A DNA stretch of 64,000 nt. Origin: Escherichia phage EC106. The notes beneath the pieces are model-generated. The model did not search any database, was not told the origin of the DNA, and saw only the letters and a list, made by a program, of their open reading frames with translations. This document shows, in pieces, positions 38,919 through 47,460 of this stretch. Each line of letters begins with the position of its first letter. The first letter of the stretch is position 1. A program made the position numbers and the translations under genes. The stretch lies in the sequence record ON210138.1; one strand, written 5' to 3'.

Positions 38919-39251
38919 CTATTTGTTTAAATCTACAGAGACTGAAGAGATAACATAGATACCTTCTTCAGCAAAGAATTGAGGTTTACTAAGAGCACCA
39001 GTTGCCACGCATTTATCGTTAGCATCCCACAAGCTATAGTGTGAGACCGTTGCAGAAGCTGGGACAGTAATGTTAACTGTGTCTTCTGAGGCAATTAAGC
39101 CATTATCCGGTTCAGAAAAATAAATAGCCACTGGCTGAGTAACCTTATTTGCTGTAGGGTCTGCCGTTGGGTCTACATTGTGTAAAATAATAGTCTTTGG
39201 GGTTAGCGTGGCGAGGATTTTATTCTTACCATCAATAGTTAATGTTCCCAT
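38919..39251 (-). CDS. hypothetical head protein
   Basis: 110 aa ORF. Confidence 0.4.
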   Translation of the reverse strand: MGTLTIDGKNKILATLTPKTIILHNVDPTADPTANKVTQPVAIYFSEPDNGLIASEDTVNITVPASATVSHYSLWDANDKCVATGALSKPQFFAEEGIYVISSVSVDLNK

Positions 39252-39751
39252 TAATTAAACCTTACTTTTTGTTTAAGGACTGTTGAATGGTTACCAGATT
39301 CATCTACCACATTTACAATCATATCATATACTTTGCCTTTGACAAGTACTTTGTAATCATTTTGTGAAAAAATGTATTCAAGTCTGTTTGTTTCTTTATC
39401 AACTGTCATTGGAGATTGAAATGCAGTGTCGAGGGTAATGAAAGCGGCTTCAATGCTATTAACATTGATACGTTTATTCTCGCAGTTATATAACTTTACA
39501 CCCAAAAGGCATGAACTGTCAAATGGAATTTTAACAATTTCACTACAATTTCCTGAAATAAACGGTTTTCCACTCATTGGTGCATCAAGTAACCTACAAA
39601 TAGTGAAAACGTCAGAGGTTCCACCGTCACTTACATAACCTGAAAGGCTGACCCTTGAGCCAGCCTCTACAGATAATTTGTCAGTAATGATAAGAACACC
39701 TCTATACGAATGCACTCGTGTAGCATTTGAAATAGAGATAACTTCAGCCAT
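39251..39751 (-). CDS. hypothetical head protein
   Basis: 166 aa ORF. Confidence 0.4.
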   Translation of the reverse strand: MAEVISISNATRVHSYRGVLIITDKLSVEAGSRVSLSGYVSDGGTSDVFTICRLLDAPMSGKPFISGNCSEIVKIPFDSSCLLGVKLYNCENKRINVNSIEAAFITLDTAFQSPMTVDKETNRLEYIFSQNDYKVLVKGKVYDMIVNVVDESGNHSTVLKQKVRFN

Positions 39752-41226
39752 TATTTATTTGCCTTATTTGCTGTGCTTGGGTCTTTCGCTGAAGGTGTCT
39801 TTGCAGTACCTTCTCCAGCGGTCTTATAACCATCTCCTGAACGGCTTTGGCTATTTGGAGAAAGCTTTTCAGATACTGGCTGAGACTCATCAGCAGGAGG
39901 AAGACCAATATGCTCTCTAAGCTTGTTAGATAGCTCTTTGTCAACTTCCAAAGCACCTACTGCAACAGTCTTCTGGATATAAGAACCAATTGCTTCAAGG
40001 TCTGGAGTTTCGATATCATTATAAGTGATTTGTACATGTTCTTCATCGTCCCACATATTAAGAGCATAAGTCTGTGCAACTAAATCACGGTTAATTACGT
40101 TCTTGATTTGCTTCAGCAGAATATCTACTGACATTGCTAGTAAGCTTGTCTTAGAATCTGCAAGAGAGAATGAACCGTATTTTGACTGACCCATAGCAAG
40201 AACATCTGACATAAATGCCATCATAATCTGCTTGGAATATCTGTCAATAATAGAACCTGTATCGTATGCTTTAGCACCCTGTCTAGAAACTAATGAGAAC
40301 TCGAAAATATCCTCTTTAGTATCTGGGTCGATATATCTAGGCCAGATTAAACCTGCTCTGTCATTAGCAATCATATCATTGACAACAGTTTTGCAGTATT
40401 GTACGAAAGCTTTCTTTTCAGGTTCTGCATTTTCATCAAGATAATCTGGTGGTAAACCAATCTTTGGCATACCTACCAAGTCTCTTGAAACACCAACAGC
40501 TTCATACTCTTCAATCTGTACTTTATACTTCCACGGTACATAGGCATTAAGTAATGGTGAACGACCTTCTGGGTTCCCATATTCGTCATCATACTTAAAC
40601 AGCATGAATTTAGCTCGTGGAAGTTTTCTTGTTAGCGGTCTTTCTCCAAGATTAATTGCTCCAGCAATATGTGAAACATTTCTCAGATTCTGTCTAACAC
40701 CAGTAACTTTTCTAAAGTCTTCGTCAAAATACCACTTATCGAGTGTTGATTGGTTTCTGATTGGTAACTTAGCCCATCCAATTAGACCATCATCAAATTT
40801 TGACTGGTACTTTCCTTTTTTACCCTGTCGCTTCTTATAAACTTTCTCGTTAACACAGAACCCATAAGTGCAGAATGACATCACAGAATTAATAAAATCT
40901 GCCCAATCATGCTCCATGTCATCCATTAAAGAATTAAAGAAGTCTGCTCTTTCAAGCATTTTAGGGTCTTGCTCTTTTCCCTTTGGAGGTACGAATCTCC
41001 AGTTGACTTTTCTGACAAACATCTTAATAATGTTTACAGATGCTGCTACAGCAGGGTCACGCATCATTAATTGGAAAGTTTTAATACTTTCAGGGAACCT
41101 TAGTGCCTGACGAGGTTCTTCATAGATTCTTCCATTCTTAACCTTCAGACCCAAAGAACCTACTTCACCCATTCTAAATGGTGGTAAGCTTTCTTGTGTT
41201 TCTGTAATATCTGCCATTCTTCTCAC
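39751..41226 (-). CDS. portal protein
   Basis: 491 aa directly downstream of large terminase. Confidence 0.65.
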   Translation of the reverse strand: MRRMADITETQESLPPFRMGEVGSLGLKVKNGRIYEEPRQALRFPESIKTFQLMMRDPAVAASVNIIKMFVRKVNWRFVPPKGKEQDPKMLERADFFNSLMDDMEHDWADFINSVMSFCTYGFCVNEKVYKKRQGKKGKYQSKFDDGLIGWAKLPIRNQSTLDKWYFDEDFRKVTGVRQNLRNVSHIAGAINLGERPLTRKLPRAKFMLFKYDDEYGNPEGRSPLLNAYVPWKYKVQIEEYEAVGVSRDLVGMPKIGLPPDYLDENAEPEKKAFVQYCKTVVNDMIANDRAGLIWPRYIDPDTKEDIFEFSLVSRQGAKAYDTGSIIDRYSKQIMMAFMSDVLAMGQSKYGSFSLADSKTSLLAMSVDILLKQIKNVINRDLVAQTYALNMWDDEEHVQITYNDIETPDLEAIGSYIQKTVAVGALEVDKELSNKLREHIGLPPADESQPVSEKLSPNSQSRSGDGYKTAGEGTAKTPSAKDPSTANKANK

Positions 41227-41233
41227 CTAGCTA

Positions 41234-42850
41234 TCAACGTCTAAGCCCCTCATATGGGTTTCCCCTCACTAAGTCTGTGTGAGCACCCATTGATGGTGGC
41301 TTGAATAATTTAACTTCGTTAAGACTGTTGAAAGCATCACTGGTAGCATCCACTTGGTCATCTTTAGTTTTGCCATCACCACAAAAGCCTTCAAGCTCTT
41401 GAAAGTAAGCTTCATTCCAACTACCTCTCAAGACTTTTACAAGTCCAGCTTCAGAAGCAGCAGAAAATCCCGCAAAGCGGGTAACTTTATCTTTATTTGT
41501 TGGTTTAGCTCTTGCACGATAGCCTTTCTCGGCAAGTTTCCTGATGAGGGATGTTGCGTAGGATTTACCAGCAGCGCCTGGGTCTTGAGGGATAAAAATA
41601 CCAGTTCGCTTACCGTCACTTTCAGCAGTCAAATTAATTTGTGTTTCGACTCCAGAGGGTCTATCTCTAAATCTTACTACATCAATGATATAATAGCAAC
41701 CGTCTTTTTTAGATTTACCCATCTTAACACCTGCTGTCCAGTCTGGATTAGGGTTAACCTCAGATGGTAAAGTTGCTGCTAAGTCCCATGCTCTAACATC
41801 AAATACATCTTCTGGGAGTGAATCAACAATTTCACACCATTGTCTTTGCCAATAGTTTGAACCTTCTGCACGAGCCTTCCAGTTACCGAAACGAAGTCTT
41901 GCAACGTTTACAGGAGTGTTGTTTTCAAGCTTACCGCGATACTTTGGCTCTAAGAAGTCAAGAATTGGGTTATCATCAATCGTACCAGAGATGAAGGTGT
42001 ATGTTTGAGGAATCTCAAGAGGGAACATTTCAAGAATCTTGTCTCTCTCCCAATCAGAAACCATCACACCATCATTCATTACATACCAACGAATACGACC
42101 ACACTTTTCAGGGTCTGGATAACCTTCTTCATCTAAGAATGGTTCTACCCAATCGTAAATAAAGTGGTCTCTGTCTGGGTTCATGGAAATCTTCATGTAT
42201 GAATCACCTTCAGCACCAGAACGTAGACGGGTTTGTAGGTATGAAATCTGTGAAGCAGAGAAGTGTGTACCTTCGTCAAAGTAAATAGCTGAGTATTCAA
42301 TACCCTGATGACCTTCAGCGTGCTTTTCAAGTTCTAGGTAGGTAAACTTGATAGTTGCCCCAGAAGGGAATGTGATAGTCATTTTCTGCTCGTGAGGAAC
42401 CCCACCAAACTTACCAAATAGTTTCTTTGCAGCAGGCCATAAACCACCTTGCAACTGTGTTGTATTTCGACGGAAATATACAGCATTATAGTTAGGGTCT
42501 TCAATAAATCTTAAAGAGTCCATTAACAATGCGGCAGTTTTACCAGCACCAGCAGCACCACCATAGAGAACCAAGTCAGCATTAGTATTTAAAAAGACCT
42601 CTTGAGAACCCGGTTGAGGGGCTACATAGTTCTTATCAGTCATCAATTTAAAGATGAGGCGAACTTGGTCTGGTGTATATCTTAATAAAGTCAGAATTTG
42701 AGTTGGAAGGAATTTAGAGGGGTCTTTACCGAATGATTTGATAATTTCTTTTACTTCATCAGAAAGCCCCAACTCTCCAGCTAGGACTTTCCTAACATCT
42801 TCCACTCGCTTCTGCTTAATAGCATTTAAGTCCATTAAGCGCCTCCGCAA
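41234..42850 (-). CDS. terminase large subunit
   Basis: 538 aa; Walker A LYGGAAGAGKT, Walker B/nuclease aspartates; first gene of structural module. Confidence 0.8.
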   Translation of the reverse strand: MRRRLMDLNAIKQKRVEDVRKVLAGELGLSDEVKEIIKSFGKDPSKFLPTQILTLLRYTPDQVRLIFKLMTDKNYVAPQPGSQEVFLNTNADLVLYGGAAGAGKTAALLMDSLRFIEDPNYNAVYFRRNTTQLQGGLWPAAKKLFGKFGGVPHEQKMTITFPSGATIKFTYLELEKHAEGHQGIEYSAIYFDEGTHFSASQISYLQTRLRSGAEGDSYMKISMNPDRDHFIYDWVEPFLDEEGYPDPEKCGRIRWYVMNDGVMVSDWERDKILEMFPLEIPQTYTFISGTIDDNPILDFLEPKYRGKLENNTPVNVARLRFGNWKARAEGSNYWQRQWCEIVDSLPEDVFDVRAWDLAATLPSEVNPNPDWTAGVKMGKSKKDGCYYIIDVVRFRDRPSGVETQINLTAESDGKRTGIFIPQDPGAAGKSYATSLIRKLAEKGYRARAKPTNKDKVTRFAGFSAASEAGLVKVLRGSWNEAYFQELEGFCGDGKTKDDQVDATSDAFNSLNEVKLFKPPSMGAHTDLVRGNPYEGLRR

Positions 42851-42856
42851 ATAGAA

Positions 42857-43057
42857 TTATTCAGAGTCTGTAGCAGTCTCTTCTTTCTTAACTTCGAACT
42901 TTGCATCAACAGCATCAAGAAGTGCATCCATAGATGCTTCTTTAATATCAATACCTGTTGCTACAGATAATCTGTCTGCAATTGCCATGATAGTGTTCTG
43001 CATAAACTCTAACTTCTTGTTAGCTTCATAAAGTTCTTTATAAACGTTCTCGCTCAT
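42857..43057 (-). CDS. hypothetical protein (possible small terminase-associated), start trimmed
   Basis: Track ORF begins at an upstream alternative start; ATG at 43057 gives MSENVYKELYEANKKLEF... Confidence 0.35.
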   Translation of the reverse strand: MSENVYKELYEANKKLEFMQNTIMAIADRLSVATGIDIKEASMDALLDAVDAKFEVKKEETATDSE

Positions 43058-43279
43058 TATGTTTTCTCCAAATAATAAATCTTGTTTCCCCTTAAAAAAG
43101 ACGGCACAGAGACCGTCAAGGAGAAGCCACAATGTACGTCAGAGACATACTGTATAAGTCTTCCTATAAAGTATAACTCTGTAAAAAAGCCCTGTCTAAA
43201 AATACTCTTCGGTAGCGAAAGGAAGAATACTTATAGCAGGGCATTATTATTATTTTAATTGAGAGAGAGTAAAATAAAT

Positions 43280-43355
43280 TGGAGAATCCGAAGGGACTCG
43301 AACCCTTATAAACCTGTTTTGCAGACAGGCACATATCCATTTCTGTCACGGATTC
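43280..43355 (-). tRNA. tRNA-Cys (GCA)
   Basis: 7 bp acceptor gaatccg/cggattc, T-loop GGTTCGAGTCC, loop CTGCAAA, encoded CCA. Confidence 0.75.
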
Positions 43356-43359
43356 AAAT

Positions 43360-43452
43360 TGGAGGAAGATACCAGACTTGAACTGGTACACCGATTTCTC
43401 AGCTACTGGCAGTTTAGCAAACTGCTCCCTTACCTTTTAGGGTTAATCTTCC
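43360..43452 (-). tRNA. tRNA-Ser (GCU), long variable arm
   Basis: Acceptor ggaagat/atcttcc, T-loop GTTCAAGTC, loop TTGCTAA, 93 nt. Confidence 0.7.
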
Positions 43453-43453
43453 A

Positions 43454-44188
43454 TTATTTCTGTAATGCGCTCTTCATTTCTGGTGTTGCAATAGTGTCAA
43501 TTACACCAGTTTTACAGGCATCATCAAACCAGTCTGGTAAGATACCTGCTAAGAACCCATTGATATTCGTTTTAAGGTACTCTGCAATAAGGGCAGCTTC
43601 TTCTTCAATCATCTGCACAACTTCATCTGCATAAGCTGTAATCTTTGAAATACCTTCATTAATTTTACTGACAGCTTGGTTAGCTAAATCAGAAACAGTA
43701 TCAAGACCCTTATCAATAGCGTCTTGTAAGTCACTTAACACACCATTAACACTATCTAGTGTACTGTTAATCGTGTCAATAGCTTTTTGACCATACTCTG
43801 TAGCAACACCCATAATGCCACTGAATGGTGTACAACCAACTTGTTCTCCTGCTGCACCCATAACATTGGAGTATCCCTTTGCTACCTGCATACGTGATGA
43901 AAACTCATCAATAGACTTTTGACCGTAGTCTGTTAGGGTCTTAGTAGTTGCTGTAGTGTTTGTAAGGCTTGTTGTAAAGCTGTTTAGAAGGACTGTTGTA
44001 AGTCCAGCAGCAACAAGCTTCTCCTTCATTGTAGGGTCTGTTACAGAACTAATAGAGCTTACAAGTGATGTAGAGGCAGCTACGGTTCCACCGAGAACTG
44101 CTGCACCAGTAATAAGTGGGTTAGAAAACCCTTTACCGGTTTTTAAGAGATTAAAAATCTCCTTACCTTGTTCTGTCATCTCTTTCAT
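43454..44188 (-). CDS. hypothetical protein embedded in tRNA array (Thr/Ser/Ala-rich)
   Basis: Track ORF 43454-44251 overlaps tRNA-Phe; trimmed to ATG at 44188. Confidence 0.5.
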   Translation of the reverse strand: MKEMTEQGKEIFNLLKTGKGFSNPLITGAAVLGGTVAASTSLVSSISSVTDPTMKEKLVAAGLTTVLLNSFTTSLTNTTATTKTLTDYGQKSIDEFSSRMQVAKGYSNVMGAAGEQVGCTPFSGIMGVATEYGQKAIDTINSTLDSVNGVLSDLQDAIDKGLDTVSDLANQAVSKINEGISKITAYADEVVQMIEEEAALIAEYLKTNINGFLAGILPDWFDDACKTGVIDTIATPEMKSALQK

Positions 44189-44204
44189 TAAGCACCTTTG
44201 AAAT

Positions 44205-44281
44205 TGGTAGTCCAGTGGGATTTGAACCCTCTTCTCATGTTTTTCAGACACGCGCTTTAACCATATAAGCTACTTGGACTA
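44205..44281 (-). tRNA. tRNA-Phe (GAA)
   Basis: T-loop GGGTTCAAATCCC, loop CTGAAAA. Confidence 0.65.
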
Positions 44282-44286
44282 TAAAT

Positions 44287-44362
44287 TGGGGTGACCTACG
44301 GGATTTGAACCCGTATAGACCATGTTCACAGCATGGGTCATTACCTTTTATGATAAGGCCAC
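44287..44362 (-). tRNA. tRNA-His (GUG)
   Basis: T arm acggg-TTCAAAT-cccgt, loop CTGTGAA, extra 5' G. Confidence 0.7.
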
Positions 44363-44393
44363 ATTTAAGGACTCTCGTAAGAACCCTTAGAAG

Positions 44394-44469
44394 TGGCAGC
44401 GGCATAAGGATTTGAACCTTAATAGGACAGCTTCAGAGACTGTTGCATTGCCAGTTATGCTATACCGCT
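44394..44469 (-). tRNA. tRNA-Gln (CUG)
   Basis: D stem gcat/atgc, stem acagt/gctgt, loop CTCTGAA. Confidence 0.6.
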
Positions 44470-44474
44470 AAATT

Positions 44475-44554
44475 TGGTACTCCATATCGGATTCGAACCG
44501 ATACATAACACAGATTTTAAGTCTGGCCTCTCTGCCAATTGGAGTAATGGAGCA
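44475..44554 (-). tRNA. tRNA, anticodon probably UAA (Leu-type) but short variable arm; isotype uncertain
   Basis: Acceptor gctccat/atggagt, T arm atcgg-TTCGAAT-ccgat; anticodon stem imperfect; loop CTTAAAA. Confidence 0.4.
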
Positions 44555-44555
44555 T

Positions 44556-44631
44556 TGGCGGGGGATGTTGGAATTGAACCAACTTCTTCGATTTCAAAGA
44601 CCGAGGTTTTAACCTTGTAAACTAATCCCCT
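44556..44631 (-). tRNA. tRNA-Gln (UUG)
   Basis: Stem tcggt/atcga, loop CTTTGAA, T arm gttgg-TTCAATT-ccaac. Confidence 0.6.
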
Positions 44632-44639
44632 TTAAATCT

Positions 44640-45197
44640 TTACTTTCTCAGTGGATGAATAAAGAATGCCAACATAACTCTTTCCCTTGAGAATGCTCTT
44701 TCTTCTGGGACAACACTTTTTAGTTTCCATCCAACATAAATTCTCCAGTAAAACTGTTTACCAAAGACTTTAATTGATGGGATAAAAGCGAATAACCCCC
44801 AAGCATTACTGTTCCACATTAGGAGATAACCAGTCTGATTATCTTCAGGGTTAGAACTTACGTTGATATTACCTTTCCACTTAGTAACATCTTTTACATC
44901 TCTTCCTAATACATGGTAAGAGAAGTTATAAGCTTTGTTTCTCCAGAGCCATCCAACTCTCTGCATGTAGACACCAAGCTTACCAATCTTTCTAATCTTA
45001 GCCCATCTTTTAACGTGGCCTTCATCACCATCAATCGGGTTGTCATAGGTCTCCATCCATCTGAATCCAAAAGGTAGATGCCCTTTCTTCTCACTGTAGA
45101 ATGGAACTACGAAAGGTGCTAAGATGACTGCTAGGGTTGCTGCAAATGGTTCTAGTAAAGCTAAGAAAATCCATGAAGCATACTTCAAATATCTCAT
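44640..45197 (-). CDS. membrane protein embedded in tRNA array
   Basis: 185 aa; N-terminal hydrophobic segments, Trp-rich. Confidence 0.55.
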   Translation of the reverse strand: MRYLKYASWIFLALLEPFAATLAVILAPFVVPFYSEKKGHLPFGFRWMETYDNPIDGDEGHVKRWAKIRKIGKLGVYMQRVGWLWRNKAYNFSYHVLGRDVKDVTKWKGNINVSSNPEDNQTGYLLMWNSNAWGLFAFIPSIKVFGKQFYWRIYVGWKLKSVVPEERAFSRERVMLAFFIHPLRK

Positions 45198-45216
45198 CTA
45201 AATAGCCTCTTAAAAT

Positions 45217-45294
45217 TGGTGTTCCAAGACGGATTCGAACCGTCACTAATACAAGGTTTGAGCTTGCATCCTCTGCCAATTGGGATACTGGAAC
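45217..45294 (-). tRNA. tRNA with CAA anticodon (Leu-type), short variable arm; isotype uncertain
   Basis: Acceptor gttccag/ttggaac, T arm gacgg-TTCGAAT-ccgtc, loop CTCAAAC. Confidence 0.45.
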
Positions 45295-45295
45295 A

Positions 45296-45370
45296 TGGTA
45301 CTCACTAAAGGACTTGAACCTTTTTCTTCATCTTGTAAGGGTGATGTTTTACCATATAAACTAAGCGAGT
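45296..45370 (-). tRNA. tRNA-Val (UAC)
   Basis: D stem gttt/aaac, loop CTTACAA, T arm aaagg-TTCAAGT-ccttt. Confidence 0.6.
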
Positions 45371-45460
45371 GTGAAAGAGGTCTGAAGTTGTGCCGCTAAC
45401 TCAACTCCGTGGAATTTGTTACGGTCTTCAGTTGACACCAGCGGTCTTTCACTTGACCTC
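45371..45460. ncRNA. tRNA-sized structured element without canonical T-loop (possible degenerate tRNA or small RNA)
   Basis: Closed by perfect 7 bp terminal stem agaggtc/gacctct with internal ctgaag/cttcag helix; fills exactly one tRNA-sized slot. Confidence 0.3.
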
Positions 45461-45465
45461 TGAAT

Positions 45466-45542
45466 TGGTGCTGCTCACAGGACTCGAACCTGCATTTCCA
45501 TCCTTACAAGGGATGTGTAATAGCCAATTATACGAAAGCAGC
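45466..45542 (-). tRNA. tRNA-Thr (UGU)
   Basis: Stem catcc/ggatg, loop CTTGTAA, T arm gcagg-TTCGAGT-cctgt. Confidence 0.7.
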
Positions 45543-45548
45543 ATTATT

Positions 45549-45623
45549 TGGAGCATCCAGAGGGAATCGAACCCTCAACCTCAGTTTGGAAGACTGTAAT
45601 TTTCCCGTTTAAACTATGGATGC
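45549..45623 (-). tRNA. tRNA-Gly (UCC), alternative register would give CCA
   Basis: Perfect acceptor gcatcca/tggatgc, T arm gaggg-TTCGATT-ccctc, loop CTTCCAA. Confidence 0.5.
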
Positions 45624-45629
45624 ACTAAT

Positions 45630-45705
45630 TGGTGGAGTCACTGAGAATTGAACTCAGTTCCCGAGTTTGCAAAACTCGAATTTTAACCATATAAACTATG
45701 ACCCC
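45630..45705 (-). tRNA. tRNA-Ala (UGC)
   Basis: Perfect stem cgagt/actcg, loop TTTGCAA, T arm ctgag-TTCAATT-ctcag. Confidence 0.7.
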
Positions 45706-45710
45706 ATTTT

Positions 45711-45786
45711 TGGTACAGGTGGAGGGAATTGAACCCATCGTCTTACTGATTAAGAGTCAGCCGCATAACCATTTTGCTACACCTGC
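45711..45786 (-). tRNA. tRNA-Lys (CUU)
   Basis: Stem gctga/tcagt, loop CTCTTAA; T arm shared with the UUU Lys copy. Confidence 0.55.
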
Positions 45787-45793
45787 ATTAATT

Positions 45794-45871
45794 TGGTAGG
45801 AGACAAGGGATTCGAACCCTCAAACATCTCGTTCTAAGCGAGATAGGTTTACCAATTACCGTCAATCTCCC
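45794..45871 (-). tRNA. tRNA with UAG anticodon (Leu-type), short variable arm; isotype uncertain
   Basis: Perfect stem tctcg/cgaga, loop CTTAGAA, T-loop GGTTCGAATCC, 5 nt variable loop. Confidence 0.5.
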
Positions 45872-46116
45872 ATTAAATCTTTTTAGAGAACTTCTAAGAA
45901 CCTAAGCAACAAGGTTCCACAACAAGCTGTAATAACCTTAGAAGCCCTCTAAAAAGACCTAAAAAGGTCTTTGCATAGTCTTGTTTAATCCGGTGACTAG
46001 AACCTTTGGAGAGCTTGATATTATCTCTTCTCCGTGACACCTACTAGGTGTTTTATCAGTGTGTACGACAATACACGAGGGATAAACCGAAAATGCGAGC
46101 AAGCATGGACGGTGTA

Positions 46117-46458
46117 TTAAATCTTTAAGCTAAGTTCAGTCTTAGACTTGATATCTTTAGCTTTGTAGATGATGACTTTATCAAGTGGTTCAATGTAAAC
46201 AGCTAAGTAATCAACCTGAGAGTTATCAAAATTCATTATTCTATTTTCATTCTTGTTAGAACGAACTCTTTTCAGTTGCACTCTCCAAAGTTCACCTCTT
46301 TTGACTGATGTTGATTTTACCTCAACAGTCTCAATCAAACCATCTTTGTGAACTAGAAAGTCATACTTTGCATTATCTGTAGCTGGTGAATACACTTCAT
46401 AACCTCTTTTGAGGAAAGCTAATTGTGTAGCAATTTCACCTACTGAACCTTTCTTCAT
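46117..46458 (-). CDS. PD-(D/E)XK-type nuclease-like protein embedded in tRNA array
   Basis: Track ORF overlaps tRNA-Ser; trimmed to ATG at 46458. Motif YDFLVHKDG...ETVEVKS fits the D...(D/E)xK nuclease pattern. Confidence 0.5.
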   Translation of the reverse strand: MKKGSVGEIATQLAFLKRGYEVYSPATDNAKYDFLVHKDGLIETVEVKSTSVKRGELWRVQLKRVRSNKNENRIMNFDNSQVDYLAVYIEPLDKVIIYKAKDIKSKTELSLKI

Positions 46459-46481
46459 AATCACCACCTTAAAAATCATTT

Positions 46482-46568
46482 TGGCAGAGAGTGCAGGAGT
46501 CGAACCCGTACCGTTTCCAGCAGCACCAGTTTTCAAGGCTGGTTGGTCTCCGTTGACCGCCACTCTCT
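46482..46568 (-). tRNA. tRNA-Ser (UGA), long variable arm
   Basis: Perfect acceptor agagagt/actctct, loop CTTGAAA, 87 nt. Confidence 0.65.
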
Positions 46569-46581
46569 CCGAAACAATCTT

Positions 46582-46664
46582 TGGCATGGGACGGAGGAGT
46601 TGAACCCCTTTGAAACGGTTTTGGAGGCCGTTGCTCATGCCTTAGAGTCTTAACATCGTCCCAC
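46582..46664 (-). tRNA. tRNA-Trp (CCA), enlarged D region
   Basis: Acceptor gtgggac/gtcccat, T arm agggg-TTCAACT-cctcc, loop CTCCAAA; 83 nt. Confidence 0.5.
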
Positions 46665-46806
46665 ACTACAATTCGAAGCTTACCGTATTATCTCAACACT
46701 GTAAAGCCCCTTCTCAGATTATTTACATGTTCTGGAAAACATGAGATACAGACCACCTCCTTACACGGAGACCCGATAAGGTCGTCTAAGCAATCTGCTA
46801 ACTATT

Positions 46807-46883
46807 TGGCACACCCTACAGGATTCGAACCTGTAACTAACGATTTAGAAGACCGTTGCTCTATCCAATTGAACTAAGGGTGC
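46807..46883 (-). tRNA. tRNA-Arg (UCU)
   Basis: Stem acggt/atcgt, loop CTTCTAA, T arm tacagg-TTCGAAT-cctgta. Confidence 0.7.
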
Positions 46884-47220
46884 ATTAATCTTTAAAGACT
46901 CTCTTAGAAAGCCCTTAAAGATGCCCACCTTATTAATCATACCGTGGGCTAGTACGCCAAATTCTTTGATGAGGGATTGGAAGACCTCACTGGTGTTTAG
47001 CCTATCAAGCTACTGCCAGAAAAACATTGTCGTTTGCATTTATTTTAAATTTGCAAAATAGACGCTACGCAACGAAAACTATTCAGAATATGTACAACAA
47101 ATTTCCCCACATTGTGTTACGTCTAACGCTCATGTATTGGTGTTTGAATTATACATATGCTGAATCATTTTCAGTTACTATAAAGCGGTCGCATCTCAAT
47201 GTCAACAACTTTATTGAAAT

Positions 47221-47295
47221 TGGTTGTAGGTGAGGGTATCGAACCCTCTTCTAACGGTTATCAGCCGTTTGCATTACCATTTATGCTAACCCACA
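47221..47295 (-). tRNA. tRNA-Ile (GAU)
   Basis: Perfect stem aacgg/ccgtt, loop CTGATAA, T arm gaggg-TTCGATA-ccctc. Confidence 0.75.
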
Positions 47296-47297
47296 AT

Positions 47298-47374
47298 TGG
47301 AGGTTCAGATGGGAATCGAACCCACATTCATAGGGCTTATGAAACCCCTGCATTACCTTATCTGCGACTGAACC
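47298..47374 (-). tRNA. tRNA-Met (CAU)
   Basis: Perfect acceptor ggttcag/ctgaacc, loop TTCATAA, T-loop GGTTCGATTCC. Confidence 0.65.
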
Positions 47375-47378
47375 ATAT

Positions 47379-47454
47379 TGGTAGAAGTGGAGGGATTCGA
47401 ACCCATCGCCTGTCAGATTAAAAGTCTGCCGCATCACCATTCTGCTACACTTCC
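47379..47454 (-). tRNA. tRNA-Lys (UUU)
   Basis: Acceptor ggaagtg/cacttct, loop CTTTTAA, T-loop GGTTCGAATCC. Confidence 0.65.
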
Positions 47455-47460
47455 ATTAAA

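Noticed and set aside
43164-43634. Track ORFs 43164-43391 (-) and 43359-43634 (+)
   Set aside because: They overlap tRNA-Cys and tRNA-Ser and have low-complexity translations; taken as artefacts of reading through tRNA genes.
45390-45599. Track ORF 45390-45599 (+), 69 aa
   Set aside because: Lies across tRNA-Thr and the hairpin element, on the strand opposite the tRNAs.
46030-46056. Plus-strand terminator-like hairpin ACACCTACTAGGTGT followed by TTTTAT
   Set aside because: No plus-strand gene lies upstream of it, so a terminator role is unsupported; left unannotated.
46469-46666. Track ORF 46469-46666 (-) and N-terminal extension of ORF 46117-46638
   Set aside because: The extension runs through tRNA-Ser and tRNA-Trp; gene trimmed to ATG at 46458.
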